The position numbers and the translations under genes were made by a program. From an uncultured Planctomycetales bacterium (GTDB lineage Bacteria > Omnitrophota > Gorgyraeia > Zapsychrales > JANLHA01): DNA of 64,000 nucleotides. The notes beneath the pieces are model-generated. The model searched no databases. It had not been told where the DNA came from and worked only from the letters and a program-made list of their open reading frames with translations. Below, in pieces: positions 17,068 to 26,602 of this stretch (positions are counted from its first letter, which is position 1; each line of letters starts with the position of its first letter). The DNA is taken from positions 3,930-67,929 of the forward strand of contig CAZQQI010000007.1 in assembly GCA_964595465.1 (NCBI GenBank). The letters run 5' to 3'.

Positions 17068-18348
17068 ATGAAACGAATTTTAAGTTTGCTGTTAGCGGTC
17101 ATGATGCTGTCCGGTGTTTCGGCTCTGACGGCCCGTGCCGCGGAGATCGATGTCCTGCTGAATAAACTGGTGGAAAAAGGTGTTCTGACGCCGCTGGAAG
17201 CCCAGATCATTCAGGATGAAACAAAACAGGATGTGGCAGAGCAGATCGCTAAGGGCACGCATAATACCCTGCCAAGCTGGCTTCAGACGATCAAGCTCAA
17301 AGGGGATCTGCGTCTGCGTTATCAGGCGGATGAAAAGGAAAGCGATACCAGTGTCCGCAATCGCGGCCGATACCGTCTGCGCCTGGGAGCGTATGCCCAG
17401 CCTCATCCTGATCTGGCTGTCGGTATGCGTATTGCCACCGGAAGCAGTAATGACAGCCGGTCCACTAATGAGACCATGGGAGACAATTTCAGCAAGGACG
17501 ATCTCTGGATCGATCTGGCCTATGCTGAGTACACTCCGACGACCAATTTTTCATTGATCGGCGGAAAATTCAAACGCAAATCCTATCTGTGGGCGGCGAC
17601 CGACCTGTTGTGGGACGGAGATATCAATCCGGAAGGTGTGTCCGCACACGTCAGTTATCCGCTGATGGGCGATACCACCTTATTTGGAAACGCGGGTGCC
17701 TGGCTGATCGATGAAAAAGATGGGCAGTCGACCAGCGATACGGATCCGTTCCTGCACTATTATCAGGGCGGGATGAAGATGAAGTCCGGGAACCTGGACG
17801 GGAAATTGGCCGCGATCTATTACGGATTCGATGGTGTTCAGGGCGAGCCGTTGGATAACTCCGCGGAGAGTAACACGGTAATCGATACGGTAATCAATGA
17901 AAAAGACGTAGGTTTGCTGGTTTATGATTACGATGCTGTGGGGGCTTCTGCCGAGTTCGGCATCAAAAAGCTCTTTGGCGGCCTGCCTATGGGGATCGAT
18001 AACAGGATCGCGGTGTTCGGCGATTATATCCAGAACATCTCGGATAATGTGGAGAAAGACAGCGGATTTGCTGTCGGTGCCAAATTCGGGCATAAGAGCG
18101 TGAAGAAACCCGGGACCTGGCAGATGAAGTACATCTATGCCGAACTGGAAAAAGACGCCTTTATCGACGCTTATCCGGATTCTGACCGCTACGGAGGGCA
18201 AACCGATATTCAGGCGCATGAACTTTCCTGGAAATATGCCTGGAAAAAGAATGTAACCTTCGGCCTGGATTACTATCATAGCGATAAATTGGATGCGGAC
18301 TCTGACGCCGAAGATCTGCTGCAGGCAGACCTTCTGATCAAATTCTAA
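17068..18348 (+). CDS. Putative (phosphate) porin, outer-membrane beta-barrel
   Basis: Signal peptide; IDVLLNKLVEKGVLT, KLKGDLRLRY, RNRGRYRLRLG, LLWDGDINPEG; C-terminal Phe (LQADLLIKF). Confidence 0.8.
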   Translation: MKRILSLLLAVMMLSGVSALTARAAEIDVLLNKLVEKGVLTPLEAQIIQDETKQDVAEQIAKGTHNTLPSWLQTIKLKGDLRLRYQADEKESDTSVRNRGRYRLRLGAYAQPHPDLAVGMRIATGSSNDSRSTNETMGDNFSKDDLWIDLAYAEYTPTTNFSLIGGKFKRKSYLWAATDLLWDGDINPEGVSAHVSYPLMGDTTLFGNAGAWLIDEKDGQSTSDTDPFLHYYQGGMKMKSGNLDGKLAAIYYGFDGVQGEPLDNSAESNTVIDTVINEKDVGLLVYDYDAVGASAEFGIKKLFGGLPMGIDNRIAVFGDYIQNISDNVEKDSGFAVGAKFGHKSVKKPGTWQMKYIYAELEKDAFIDAYPDSDRYGGQTDIQAHELSWKYAWKKNVTFGLDYYHSDKLDADSDAEDLLQADLLIKF

Positions 18349-18373
18349 CCAGTCAACCGAAATAGGAGTGATT

Positions 18374-19246
18374 ATGAAAACATGGACACGAATTTTAGCA
18401 ATGATTATGATCCTTGCTGTGGGTGCCGGTGCTGCCGGCGCGGAGATGATTCAGATCAAGGGATCGGATACCCTGATCAACATGGTTCAGCGTATAGCCG
18501 AGGTCTATATGGAAAAGAACCCCGGGGCTATGATCGCGGTCACCGGTGGGGGGTCAGGGACCGGGATCGCGGCCTTGATCAACGGCAAATGTGATATCGC
18601 CAATGCCTCACGCACGATGAAGCCTAAAGAGACCAGCAGGGCGGTCGCCGCGGGGGTTCAGCCGATCCGTGTTGTTGTGGCTATGGACGGCTTAAGTGTT
18701 ATCGTGAACGATAAAAATCCTATTGATAAACTGACGGTTCCTCAATTAGGCAAGATCTTCCGCGGCGAAGTGACTAATTGGTCTGATCTCGGCGGTCCGG
18801 ATATGCCGATCACGCTCTATGGGCGTCAGTCGAATTCCGGGACGTTCGTCTTTTTTATGGATCAGATCCTCAAAGGAGACTATTCTCCTAAAATGAACCG
18901 CATGAACGGTAACGCCCAGATCGTGGCCGCAGTCCGCAGTGATCCGTCCAGTATCGGTTATGTCGGTGTGGGATATGTCAAAAACGCAGGCGGGATCACT
19001 GTCCTTAAGGTCGCACGCAATGCTGATGCCGAATACGCCAGTCCTCTGAGCACAGCAGATGTTCAAAGCGGCGCGTATCCGATCGCCCGTCCTTTGAACC
19101 AGTATCTGAACGGAACACCGGAAGGGGATGTGCGCAAGTTCATTGAGTTTGAGCTGAGCCCTGAAGGACAGAAGGTCGTTGAAGAAGAAGGTTTCTTTGT
19201 GCTTCCTGAGGAATACGAAGCATATAACAAAAAAGCAGGACTTTAA
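18374..19246 (+). CDS. pstS: Phosphate ABC transporter substrate-binding protein
   Basis: IKGSDT, GGGSGTG, DIANASR, RQSNSGT, YPIARPL; ATG after AGGAG. Confidence 0.92.
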   Translation: MKTWTRILAMIMILAVGAGAAGAEMIQIKGSDTLINMVQRIAEVYMEKNPGAMIAVTGGGSGTGIAALINGKCDIANASRTMKPKETSRAVAAGVQPIRVVVAMDGLSVIVNDKNPIDKLTVPQLGKIFRGEVTNWSDLGGPDMPITLYGRQSNSGTFVFFMDQILKGDYSPKMNRMNGNAQIVAAVRSDPSSIGYVGVGYVKNAGGITVLKVARNADAEYASPLSTADVQSGAYPIARPLNQYLNGTPEGDVRKFIEFELSPEGQKVVEEEGFFVLPEEYEAYNKKAGL

Positions 19247-19342
19247 TTGCAGAATTAATGGTGTTTGATTATAATATGCTCGCTGCGGGACCGCCTGGCA
19301 GGGGATTCTGCAGTGAGCATATTATCAACCGGGGTGTTGGGC

Positions 19343-20230
19343 ATGAATAAAGCCAGAATAAAAGAGAAACTGATTGAAGTTGTTTTTTTCGTCAACGGGA
19401 TGATCGTGGTCGGGGCCCTGGCCGCGATCTTTCTGCTGCTTTTGCGCAGTGCCTTGCCTGCTTTTGAAGAGATCAAGATCACTGAATTTTTATTCAGCGC
19501 CCGCTGGAATCCCACATCGTACTATAAAGAAACATACGGTATCCTGGCTATGGTGGCCAGCACGTTTATGGTGACTATCGGCGCCTTACTGATCGCGGTG
19601 CCTCTGGGGGTCGGGACGGCCGCGTATTTGTCTGATGTGGCCAGCCCAAGGGTGCGTGAGATCGCCAAGCCTGTCGTCGAGATCCTGGCCGGGATCCCCT
19701 CGGTCGTTATCGGGTTTCTGGGTATCGTCCTGGTGGGGCCGATGATCGCTAAATTAACGGGTCAGTATAACGGCCTGAACGTGCTTAACGGTTCCGTGCT
19801 TCTGGCGGTTATGGCCTTGCCCACGATCGTCAGTTTGTCCGAGGACGCTCTGGGCAGTGTTCCCAACGGCTTCCGCGATGCCTCATTGGCGCTGGGCGCC
19901 AACCCCTGGCAGACCCTGATCCGGGTGCGTATCCCGGCGGCGTCTTCCGGGATCCTGGCCGCCTGCATGCTGGGGATGGGGCGGGCCATCGGTGAGACCA
20001 TGACCGTTTTGATGGCGACCGGGAACGCTCCGGCGATGCCGTCTTCGATCCTTGATTCTGTGCGGACCATGACCGCGACCATAGCCATTGAATTGGGCGA
20101 AGTGCCGTATTTCACGACGCATTATTATGCTTTGTTCGCTATCGGACTGGTCCTGTTTATTATTACCTTTATCATCAATATGATCTCAGATATTGTTCTG
20201 GAAAATTATAAAAAGAAAACCCGTTATTAG
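19343..20230 (+). CDS. pstC: Phosphate ABC transporter permease
   Basis: EILAGIPSVVIG, ASLALGA, GRAIGETM; ATG 19343 chosen over the upstream TTG. Confidence 0.92.
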   Translation: MNKARIKEKLIEVVFFVNGMIVVGALAAIFLLLLRSALPAFEEIKITEFLFSARWNPTSYYKETYGILAMVASTFMVTIGALLIAVPLGVGTAAYLSDVASPRVREIAKPVVEILAGIPSVVIGFLGIVLVGPMIAKLTGQYNGLNVLNGSVLLAVMALPTIVSLSEDALGSVPNGFRDASLALGANPWQTLIRVRIPAASSGILAACMLGMGRAIGETMTVLMATGNAPAMPSSILDSVRTMTATIAIELGEVPYFTTHYYALFAIGLVLFIITFIINMISDIVLENYKKKTRY

Positions 20231-20241
20231 GATGACCGGCT

Positions 20242-21105
20242 ATGCCTGTTAGGGATAAACGAAAATTGATACAGCGTATCGGGTTCCTTATGCTCCGGGC
20301 CTGCATGGCCTTTGTTGTGCTGATCCTGATCGTGATCTTTTATGACATTTTCAGTAATGGGGCGCCGGTGATCAACTGGGAATTTATTTCCAAGCCTCCG
20401 CGTCAGGGCATGACCGAAGGCGGGATCTTCCCGGCGATCGTCGGGACCTTTTTTGTAACCCTGATCACCGCGGTTTTTTCCGTTCCCCTGGGTATGGGCT
20501 GCGCGATCTACCTTAATGAATACGCCGAACCGAACATGCTGACCCGGCTGATCCGTATGTCGATCCGCAATCTTTCCGGCGTACCGTCGATCGTTTACGG
20601 CCTTTTTGGTGTGGCCTTATTTGTAGAGATGCTCAATATGGGGACGGGGATTTTAGCTGCGGGGTGTACTCTTGGACTAATGACCTTGCCCTGGACGATC
20701 ACGGCCTCGGAAGAAGCGCTGCGTTCGGTTCCGAAGTCGTACCGGGAGGGATCGTTGGCTTTAGGCGCGACCAAATGGCAGTCCATCCATACCAATGTCC
20801 TGCCGTATTCCATTCCCGGCATGCTGACCGGAACGATTCTTGGTCTGGCCCGCGCTGCCGGAGAAACCGCGCCGATCCTGTTCACCGGGGCCGCGTTTTT
20901 TCTGCCGTATCTGCCCAAATCATTGTCTGATCAATTTATGGCTCTGCCGTATCACCTCTATATCATGGCGACCCAGCATCATGATATTGACGCTGTGCGT
21001 CCGATCGCCTATGGGACGGCGCTGGTCCTGATCACACTGGTTTTTATGATGAACCTGACCGGGATTATTTTCCGGTATCATCTGCGTAAATTAAAAAAGG
21101 AATGA
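20242..21105 (+). CDS. pstA: Phosphate ABC transporter permease
   Basis: [33 protein letters not shown]. Confidence 0.92.
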   Translation: MPVRDKRKLIQRIGFLMLRACMAFVVLILIVIFYDIFSNGAPVINWEFISKPPRQGMTEGGIFPAIVGTFFVTLITAVFSVPLGMGCAIYLNEYAEPNMLTRLIRMSIRNLSGVPSIVYGLFGVALFVEMLNMGTGILAAGCTLGLMTLPWTITASEEALRSVPKSYREGSLALGATKWQSIHTNVLPYSIPGMLTGTILGLARAAGETAPILFTGAAFFLPYLPKSLSDQFMALPYHLYIMATQHHDIDAVRPIAYGTALVLITLVFMMNLTGIIFRYHLRKLKKE

Positions 21106-21109
21106 CGTT

Positions 21110-21868
21110 ATGCCACAGGTACGAGTCCGCATTAAAAATTTCGATTTTTATTATGGTGATAATTATACGGTCAAGGATGTGACCTTTGATATCCTGCCGT
21201 GCGAGGTGACGAGCATCATCGGTCCCTCGGGCTGCGGAAAATCCACGTTTCTGCGCTGTCTGAACCGCATGAATGATCTGATCCCGGGTACGCGGTCCAG
21301 CGGATTGATCGAGATCGACGGTGAAGATATTAATCAGGCCCATTTGGACGTGGTTCAGCTGCGGAAAAAGGTCGGCATGGTCTTTCAGAAGCCCAACCCC
21401 TTTCCCAAATCTATTTTTGAAAATATTGCCTACGGGCTCAGGATTAATGGTATAAAGAATAGAGATTATATCACGGAAAAGGTTGAGCAAAGCCTGAAAG
21501 ACGCCGCGTTATGGGATGAAGTAAAAGACCGCCTGCAGGAGAACGCCCTGTCTTTATCCGGCGGCCAGCAGCAAAGGCTGTGTGTGGCCAGGGCCCTGGC
21601 TATTGAACCGGAGATCATTTTGATGGACGAGCCGGCTTCTGCCCTGGACCCGATCGCGACCGCGAAGCTGGAGGAATTGATCATCCGCCTGAAAGAGAGA
21701 TATACGATCATTATTGTGACACATAACATGCAGCAGGCGGCACGGATCTCGGATAAGACCGCGTTTTTTATGCAGGGGGAATTGATCGAGTTCGGAGTGA
21801 CTAAAAACGTGTTTACTAATCCGGAGAAGCCGATCACTGAAGAATATATTACCGGCCGGTTCGGTTAA
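21110..21868 (+). CDS. pstB: Phosphate ABC transporter ATPase
   Basis: [42 protein letters not shown]. Confidence 0.95.
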   Translation: MPQVRVRIKNFDFYYGDNYTVKDVTFDILPCEVTSIIGPSGCGKSTFLRCLNRMNDLIPGTRSSGLIEIDGEDINQAHLDVVQLRKKVGMVFQKPNPFPKSIFENIAYGLRINGIKNRDYITEKVEQSLKDAALWDEVKDRLQENALSLSGGQQQRLCVARALAIEPEIILMDEPASALDPIATAKLEELIIRLKERYTIIIVTHNMQQAARISDKTAFFMQGELIEFGVTKNVFTNPEKPITEEYITGRFG

Positions 21869-21944
21869 TGGCTGTCATCAGTTTCCCGGCGGCAGGAGGC
21901 GCATGGCCGGCTGCGGGATACTGTATTAAGGAAAGGAACGAGCT

Positions 21945-22628
21945 ATGGAGCGGCATTTTCATGAAGAGCTGGAACAGTTCAATGCCAATATATTAAAAAT
22001 GGCGGAATTGACCGAGCAGGGCCTTGATAAGGCCTTTCAGGCCCTGCGTGATCAGAACGTCCCTCTGGCGGAAGAGGTGATCAGGGCGGATAAGGTTATT
22101 GACGAATTGGAGTTAAAGGTCGATGAGCTGGCTGTGGCCCTGCTGGCCCTGAACCAGCCTATGGCAGTCGACCTGCGCATGATCACGACGGGCATGCATG
22201 TGAACGCAGCGATCGAACGCATCGCGGATCTGGTCGTCAACATTGCCCAGCGCGCCATTGAGGTGTCTCGTGAGCCTCTGCTTAAGCCCTTGATCGATAT
22301 CGAAAAAATGACCCATGTGGCCAAGCGCATGGTCCGGGGGGCCAGCGATGCCTTGATCCAGCGGGATATCAGGCTGGCGAAAGAGGTGATCATGTCGGAT
22401 GGGGAGTCGAACGCTTTGCGGGATGCCGTGTATGATGAGGTGATCCATGATCATATTGTGAAAGACGGCAGTCTGGCCCCGCGGGCCGTTCCGCTGATCC
22501 TGGTTGCCAGGGACCTGGAGCGGATCTGTGATAATGCCGCGGCCATTGCCGAAGATGTGATCTATATGATCCAGGCCAAGACGGTGCGGCATCATCCCGA
22601 GCGTCTGGAGAATGGGGGATTATCGTAG
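21945..22628 (+). CDS. phoU: Phosphate signalling protein PhoU
   Basis: QPMAVDLR, ERIADL..NIA, RDLERICD...IAEDVIY. Confidence 0.92.
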   Translation: MERHFHEELEQFNANILKMAELTEQGLDKAFQALRDQNVPLAEEVIRADKVIDELELKVDELAVALLALNQPMAVDLRMITTGMHVNAAIERIADLVVNIAQRAIEVSREPLLKPLIDIEKMTHVAKRMVRGASDALIQRDIRLAKEVIMSDGESNALRDAVYDEVIHDHIVKDGSLAPRAVPLILVARDLERICDNAAAIAEDVIYMIQAKTVRHHPERLENGGLS

Positions 22629-22654
22629 ATCCTTAAAAACTAGTGCGGGTTTTC

Positions 22655-22684
22655 AGCGGGCCTGATTTCAGGCCCGCTTTTTTT
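22655..22684 (+). terminator. Intrinsic terminator of the pst operon
   Basis: AGCGGGCCTGA-TT-TCAGGCCCGCT followed by a T-run. Confidence 0.85.
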
Positions 22685-22767
22685 AACTCAACTAAATAAA
22701 TCTGACTCTTTGAAAAAATAAATGGGTATGACGGATACGATAATGCTTTCGTGTGCCATTTTGCAGG

Positions 22768-22892
22768 CGAATGGCTCAGGAAGATCGGGAGAGACTCGTT
22801 CGCTCAAACAACCTCCCGAACGTTTTTATAATGACCCGTTCGGTTCGGAACTCGCTCTGCGTGTCCCTCCCGATCTTTTTTATCGCCATTCG
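22768..22892. other. Long imperfect palindrome with a central bubble (ncRNA or REP/MITE-like element)
   Basis: CGAATGGC/GCCATTCG, AAGATCGGGAG/CTCCCGATCTT, GAC/GTC, unpaired ~20-nt strands, inner CCGAACG/CGTTCGG hairpin. Confidence 0.5.
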
Positions 22893-23134
22893 AGCAGAAA
22901 CTGTTTAAATACGAAACATCACATTATCCTTTGTTTTATCCACGCAAAAGTTCATAGAGCCATAAATCTACGTAATTCTTTCGATTACCAACTTTTTTCC
23001 ACTATATTGGCATTAATATTGCTTCAGTTTAGAGTGGGTAAAGCAATTTATGTTGAATTAACGTTTTGTTTACATTGCCCCTTGTTTTTTTGCCTGTTTT
23101 TCCGGCATACTTATGAAAATCTGTAAACGGTGTT

Positions 23135-24799
23135 ATGAGAATGATTTTGAACCTAATGGAAAACCGGACACAAAAAATCGGCGAAATTCTTCTAGGTCAG
23201 GGTCTGATCCAGGAGCATCAGCTGGAGGACGCGCTTTCCGAGCAGAAGAATGACCAGCGCCGCCTGGGTGAGCTTCTTGTGGCTAAAGGTTTGATCAAAG
23301 AAGAGGTGCTCTATGAGATCCTGGCTGAATTATTTCAGGTTCCTTTTATTCAGGAAAGCGATATTCTGCCTGAAGAGGAGGCGGTCAGGGCCGTTCCGCT
23401 GGACCTTATCGAAGGGAATCATATTCTGCCTTTGACGGTTGAAGGGAAGAATTTAACGGTCGCCACCAGTGATCCGCTGAATTTTGATATTATTCAGAAA
23501 GTTCAATATAAATCAGGATTTTTCGTTCGGGTCGTTATGACCACTCCCCGGGCGGTGGAAGCAGGCCTGCAGGATGTTCTCGACACCCTGAATACCAGCG
23601 CTGCTGTTAAGGCCCTGAAAGGCGATTCTGGTGATCACAGCAATATTCGTGAGCTGGTTCACGCCATTCTGAACAGAGCCATAAGGGAACGGGCATCAGA
23701 TGTCCATTTTGAGCCTCTGCCGGAATTTTTACGTGTCCGTTTCCGTATTGATGGTGTCCTGCATGAACGCAATACCATCCCTAAAGAATTGGAACGCAAC
23801 ATTTTATCACGTATTAAGATCGTGTCGGGTATGGATGTTGCAGAAAATCGACGTCCGCAGGACGGACGCACATCATTTGAAAACCGCAATAAAGAATATG
23901 ATATACGGGTTTCGTCCCTGCCGGATGTTCAGGGAGAGAACCTGGTATTGCGTATTCTCAGCAAAGAGGCTATAGGATGGAGTTTCAAACACCTGGGGGT
24001 GTCTGACAACGATCAGAAAACTCTGCACCGCTTGTTGAGACTGCCTTATGGATTGATCCTGGTGACCGGGCCGACCGGGGCAGGGAAGACGACAACACTT
24101 TATTCCATGCTGAATCTCTTGAATAAAACTGAACGCAAGATCATTTCAGTGGAAGAACCGGTTGAATATCAGCTGAAGGGGGTCACCCAGACCGCGGTGA
24201 ACCCGCATATTGACTACACCTTTGCCAATGCGATCCGTCAGATCCTGCGTCATGATCCCGACGTGATCATGGTCGGGGAGATCCGCGATCTCCCCACTGC
24301 GGAGATGGCAGTGCGCGCGGCATTAACCGGACATCTTGTGCTATCGACTATGCACACGAATACGGCGGCCGGGGCCATTACCCGCCTTTTGGAAATGGAT
24401 ATTGAGCCGTTTTTGATCAGCTCAGCCCTGTCAGGGGTTTTAGCTCAGCGTCTGGTCCGGTCGGTCTGTCCGTATTGTGTGCAGGAAAGCCGCTTGCCCG
24501 GAAATAAAAGGCAGAAGCTGTCCCGTCTGGGTGTCAGCATAGAAGATGTGAAAGAAGTTAAGGCTGCAGGGTGCGCGCGGTGTCACCAATCGGGGTATCG
24601 AGGCAGGGAAGGTCTTTTTGAGATTTTGGAAGCTGATAGTGAAATTCAGGCCATGATCCTTAAACGCTGTTCAGAGAAAGAGATCATGGAGAGGGCTCAG
24701 GAAAAAGGCATGGCGGATTTGAGGGAAGCCGCTCTGCAGAAATTTTTGAAAAAACAAACCACCTGGCAGGAGATCATGCGGGTGGTTGCTTTTGAGTGA
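23135..24799 (+). CDS. pilB: Type IV pilus/T2SS assembly ATPase (PilB/GspE)
   Basis: MshEN-like KIGEILL..GLI..QL..AL..Q....RLGELLV, ASDVHFEP, GPTGAGKTTT, LRHDPDVIMVGEIRD, tetracysteine motif. Confidence 0.9.
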   Translation: MRMILNLMENRTQKIGEILLGQGLIQEHQLEDALSEQKNDQRRLGELLVAKGLIKEEVLYEILAELFQVPFIQESDILPEEEAVRAVPLDLIEGNHILPLTVEGKNLTVATSDPLNFDIIQKVQYKSGFFVRVVMTTPRAVEAGLQDVLDTLNTSAAVKALKGDSGDHSNIRELVHAILNRAIRERASDVHFEPLPEFLRVRFRIDGVLHERNTIPKELERNILSRIKIVSGMDVAENRRPQDGRTSFENRNKEYDIRVSSLPDVQGENLVLRILSKEAIGWSFKHLGVSDNDQKTLHRLLRLPYGLILVTGPTGAGKTTTLYSMLNLLNKTERKIISVEEPVEYQLKGVTQTAVNPHIDYTFANAIRQILRHDPDVIMVGEIRDLPTAEMAVRAALTGHLVLSTMHTNTAAGAITRLLEMDIEPFLISSALSGVLAQRLVRSVCPYCVQESRLPGNKRQKLSRLGVSIEDVKEVKAAGCARCHQSGYRGREGLFEILEADSEIQAMILKRCSEKEIMERAQEKGMADLREAALQKFLKKQTTWQEIMRVVAFE

Positions 24800-24833
24800 T
24801 GCGTACCGGGTGATACAGGGGTAACATAAGCAT

Positions 24834-26039
24834 ATGAAGACGTTTATTTATCAGTTGCGGGATAAAAAGGGGCGGTCTCTCTACGGTTTTGAGCGGGCCG
24901 CGGACAAGCGCGCCCTGCGCCGCAAGATCGTGGATAAAAATCTGTTTTTCGTCTCCGCGCAGAAAACAGACCGCAAAAAGATCTTTCGTCAGGGGATCTC
25001 TTTAACCGCCTTGTCGGTTTTCACGCATCGTCTCAGTTCATTGGTCGAAGCCGGGATCCCGATCCTTTCCGCCCTTAATGTTCTTTGGCATCAGACAGAA
25101 GACAAACAGATGCAGCTGGTCATCAGTTATTTGACCCGACGGCTGGAACAGGGCGCGCGGATTTCTGAGGCTATGGCCAGTTTTCCCAATGTCTTTCCGC
25201 CGGTCTACCGGGCTCTGGTGGGCATCGCGGAAAAATCCGGTGGTCTGGTCGAGATCCTGCGCCGTCTGGTCATTTATCTGGAATATCAGCGCAATCTGAT
25301 CATGCGGACCAGAAAGGCCATGTTTTATCCGATCGTCGTTTTGGTCTTTTCTCTGCTGATCCTGATCGGCATGTTTGTCTTTGTGGTCCCGGTCTTTCAG
25401 CGTTTTTTGGAAAAATTAAACGTCGAATTGCCTCTTTTGACCCGGGCGGTGCTGAACGTATCTGCCTTTTTACGGAATCCGTTCGCTATCGCCGGTATTT
25501 TCCTGCTTATTGCTGCGGGGTATTTTGTGCATCGATATATCAAGTCCTCGGTTTCAGCACGGCAGGTGCTGGACCGCATGAAGCTCAGGATCCCCTTTTA
25601 TGGGAATATTTTATATACGTCGAATATGAGCCGTTTTGTCAACGCCTTCAGTCTGATGGTCGGCGCCGGACTGCCTTTATTGGAAAGTTTTCAGGCGGCA
25701 GCCTCAACCGTGGACAACCGCTCTGTGTACAAGAGTATTGACCGGGTCCGCGCGCGCGTTGAGCAGGGGATGGGTCTGCATGAATCATTTGACCGGGAAC
25801 GGGATTTTCCGCAGATGATGGTGGAAATGGTCGGGATAGGGGAGCAGAGCGGCAAGATCTCCCGCTCTCTGGACCGTATGGCCCAGCATTTTGACGAAGA
25901 TGTGGATTATAAATTGAACCGGGGTCTGACATTATTGGAGCCCGCTCTGATCGTAGTCGTCGGTGTTATGGTCCTGCTGACTTTGATGGCGATCTATCTA
26001 CCGGTGGTCTCAATGTGGCAGGGCTTGTCGGGAGGATAA
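24834..26039 (+). CDS. pilC: Type IV pilus platform protein (PilC/GspF)
   Basis: Two GspF repeats (AGIPILSAL; GEQSG), AMFYP, LLEP...AIYLP. Confidence 0.9.
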   Translation: MKTFIYQLRDKKGRSLYGFERAADKRALRRKIVDKNLFFVSAQKTDRKKIFRQGISLTALSVFTHRLSSLVEAGIPILSALNVLWHQTEDKQMQLVISYLTRRLEQGARISEAMASFPNVFPPVYRALVGIAEKSGGLVEILRRLVIYLEYQRNLIMRTRKAMFYPIVVLVFSLLILIGMFVFVVPVFQRFLEKLNVELPLLTRAVLNVSAFLRNPFAIAGIFLLIAAGYFVHRYIKSSVSARQVLDRMKLRIPFYGNILYTSNMSRFVNAFSLMVGAGLPLLESFQAAASTVDNRSVYKSIDRVRARVEQGMGLHESFDRERDFPQMMVEMVGIGEQSGKISRSLDRMAQHFDEDVDYKLNRGLTLLEPALIVVVGVMVLLTLMAIYLPVVSMWQGLSGG

Positions 26040-26232
26040 AAAAAATGTTATATTTATTTAATTATCTTTCGGAGTAAAAATACAGCGGATAATGTGCTGA
26101 ATCATTTAAGGGAGGGCGGACTGACAAATGGTACCAATATGATCGATTATGACCTCTCAGCCTGCAGCACTTGGAATAGAACATGAAAAAATAGCGATAA
26201 CAACGATAACGAAAAAAATAAGGAGCAAGAAA

Positions 26233-26559
26233 ATGAAAAAGATGAATACACAAGGGTTTTCATTGGTAGAGGTCCTGGTCGTTTTAGCGATCATCGGAGC
26301 GTTGGTCGCGATGATCCTGCCGAACGCTTTTCGCGCTATGAATCAGTCTGACAGCACCCGTTCAACTGCTTCGGACCGTGCTGTCGAGGCGGCTTACGCG
26401 GCCTGCCGTCTGGATAACAACACCGATCATACAGCTTGTGATACCGCAGCTGAATTAGCACCGTACGTTGACGGGACCATTCCGAATTCGTGTACGATTA
26501 CAGGGGTTGATCAGGACGGCGACGGTACGGATGACAGCATAAACGTCACCGGATGTTAA
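26233..26559 (+). CDS. Probable major type IV pilin
   Basis: Class III signal QG/FSLVEVLVVLAIIGALVAMILP; ATG 26233 after AGGAG; short globular head with 4 Cys. Confidence 0.85.
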   Translation: MKKMNTQGFSLVEVLVVLAIIGALVAMILPNAFRAMNQSDSTRSTASDRAVEAAYAACRLDNNTDHTACDTAAELAPYVDGTIPNSCTITGVDQDGDGTDDSINVTGC

Positions 26560-26602
26560 ATTCCGTTTTGGTGCGTTTATCAGCGACTAAGGACGATCAT
26601 TT

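Noticed and set aside
19246-19342. Hairpin (TGCAGAAT...ATTCTGCA) between pstS and pstC, and the upstream TTG start for pstC
   Set aside because: Intercistronic structure after pstS is ordinary. The extended N-terminus lacks an RBS and PstC character.
22722-23126. 134-aa ORF upstream of pilB
   Set aside because: No RBS or recognisable domain; it spans the palindromic element and an AT-rich promoter-like region.
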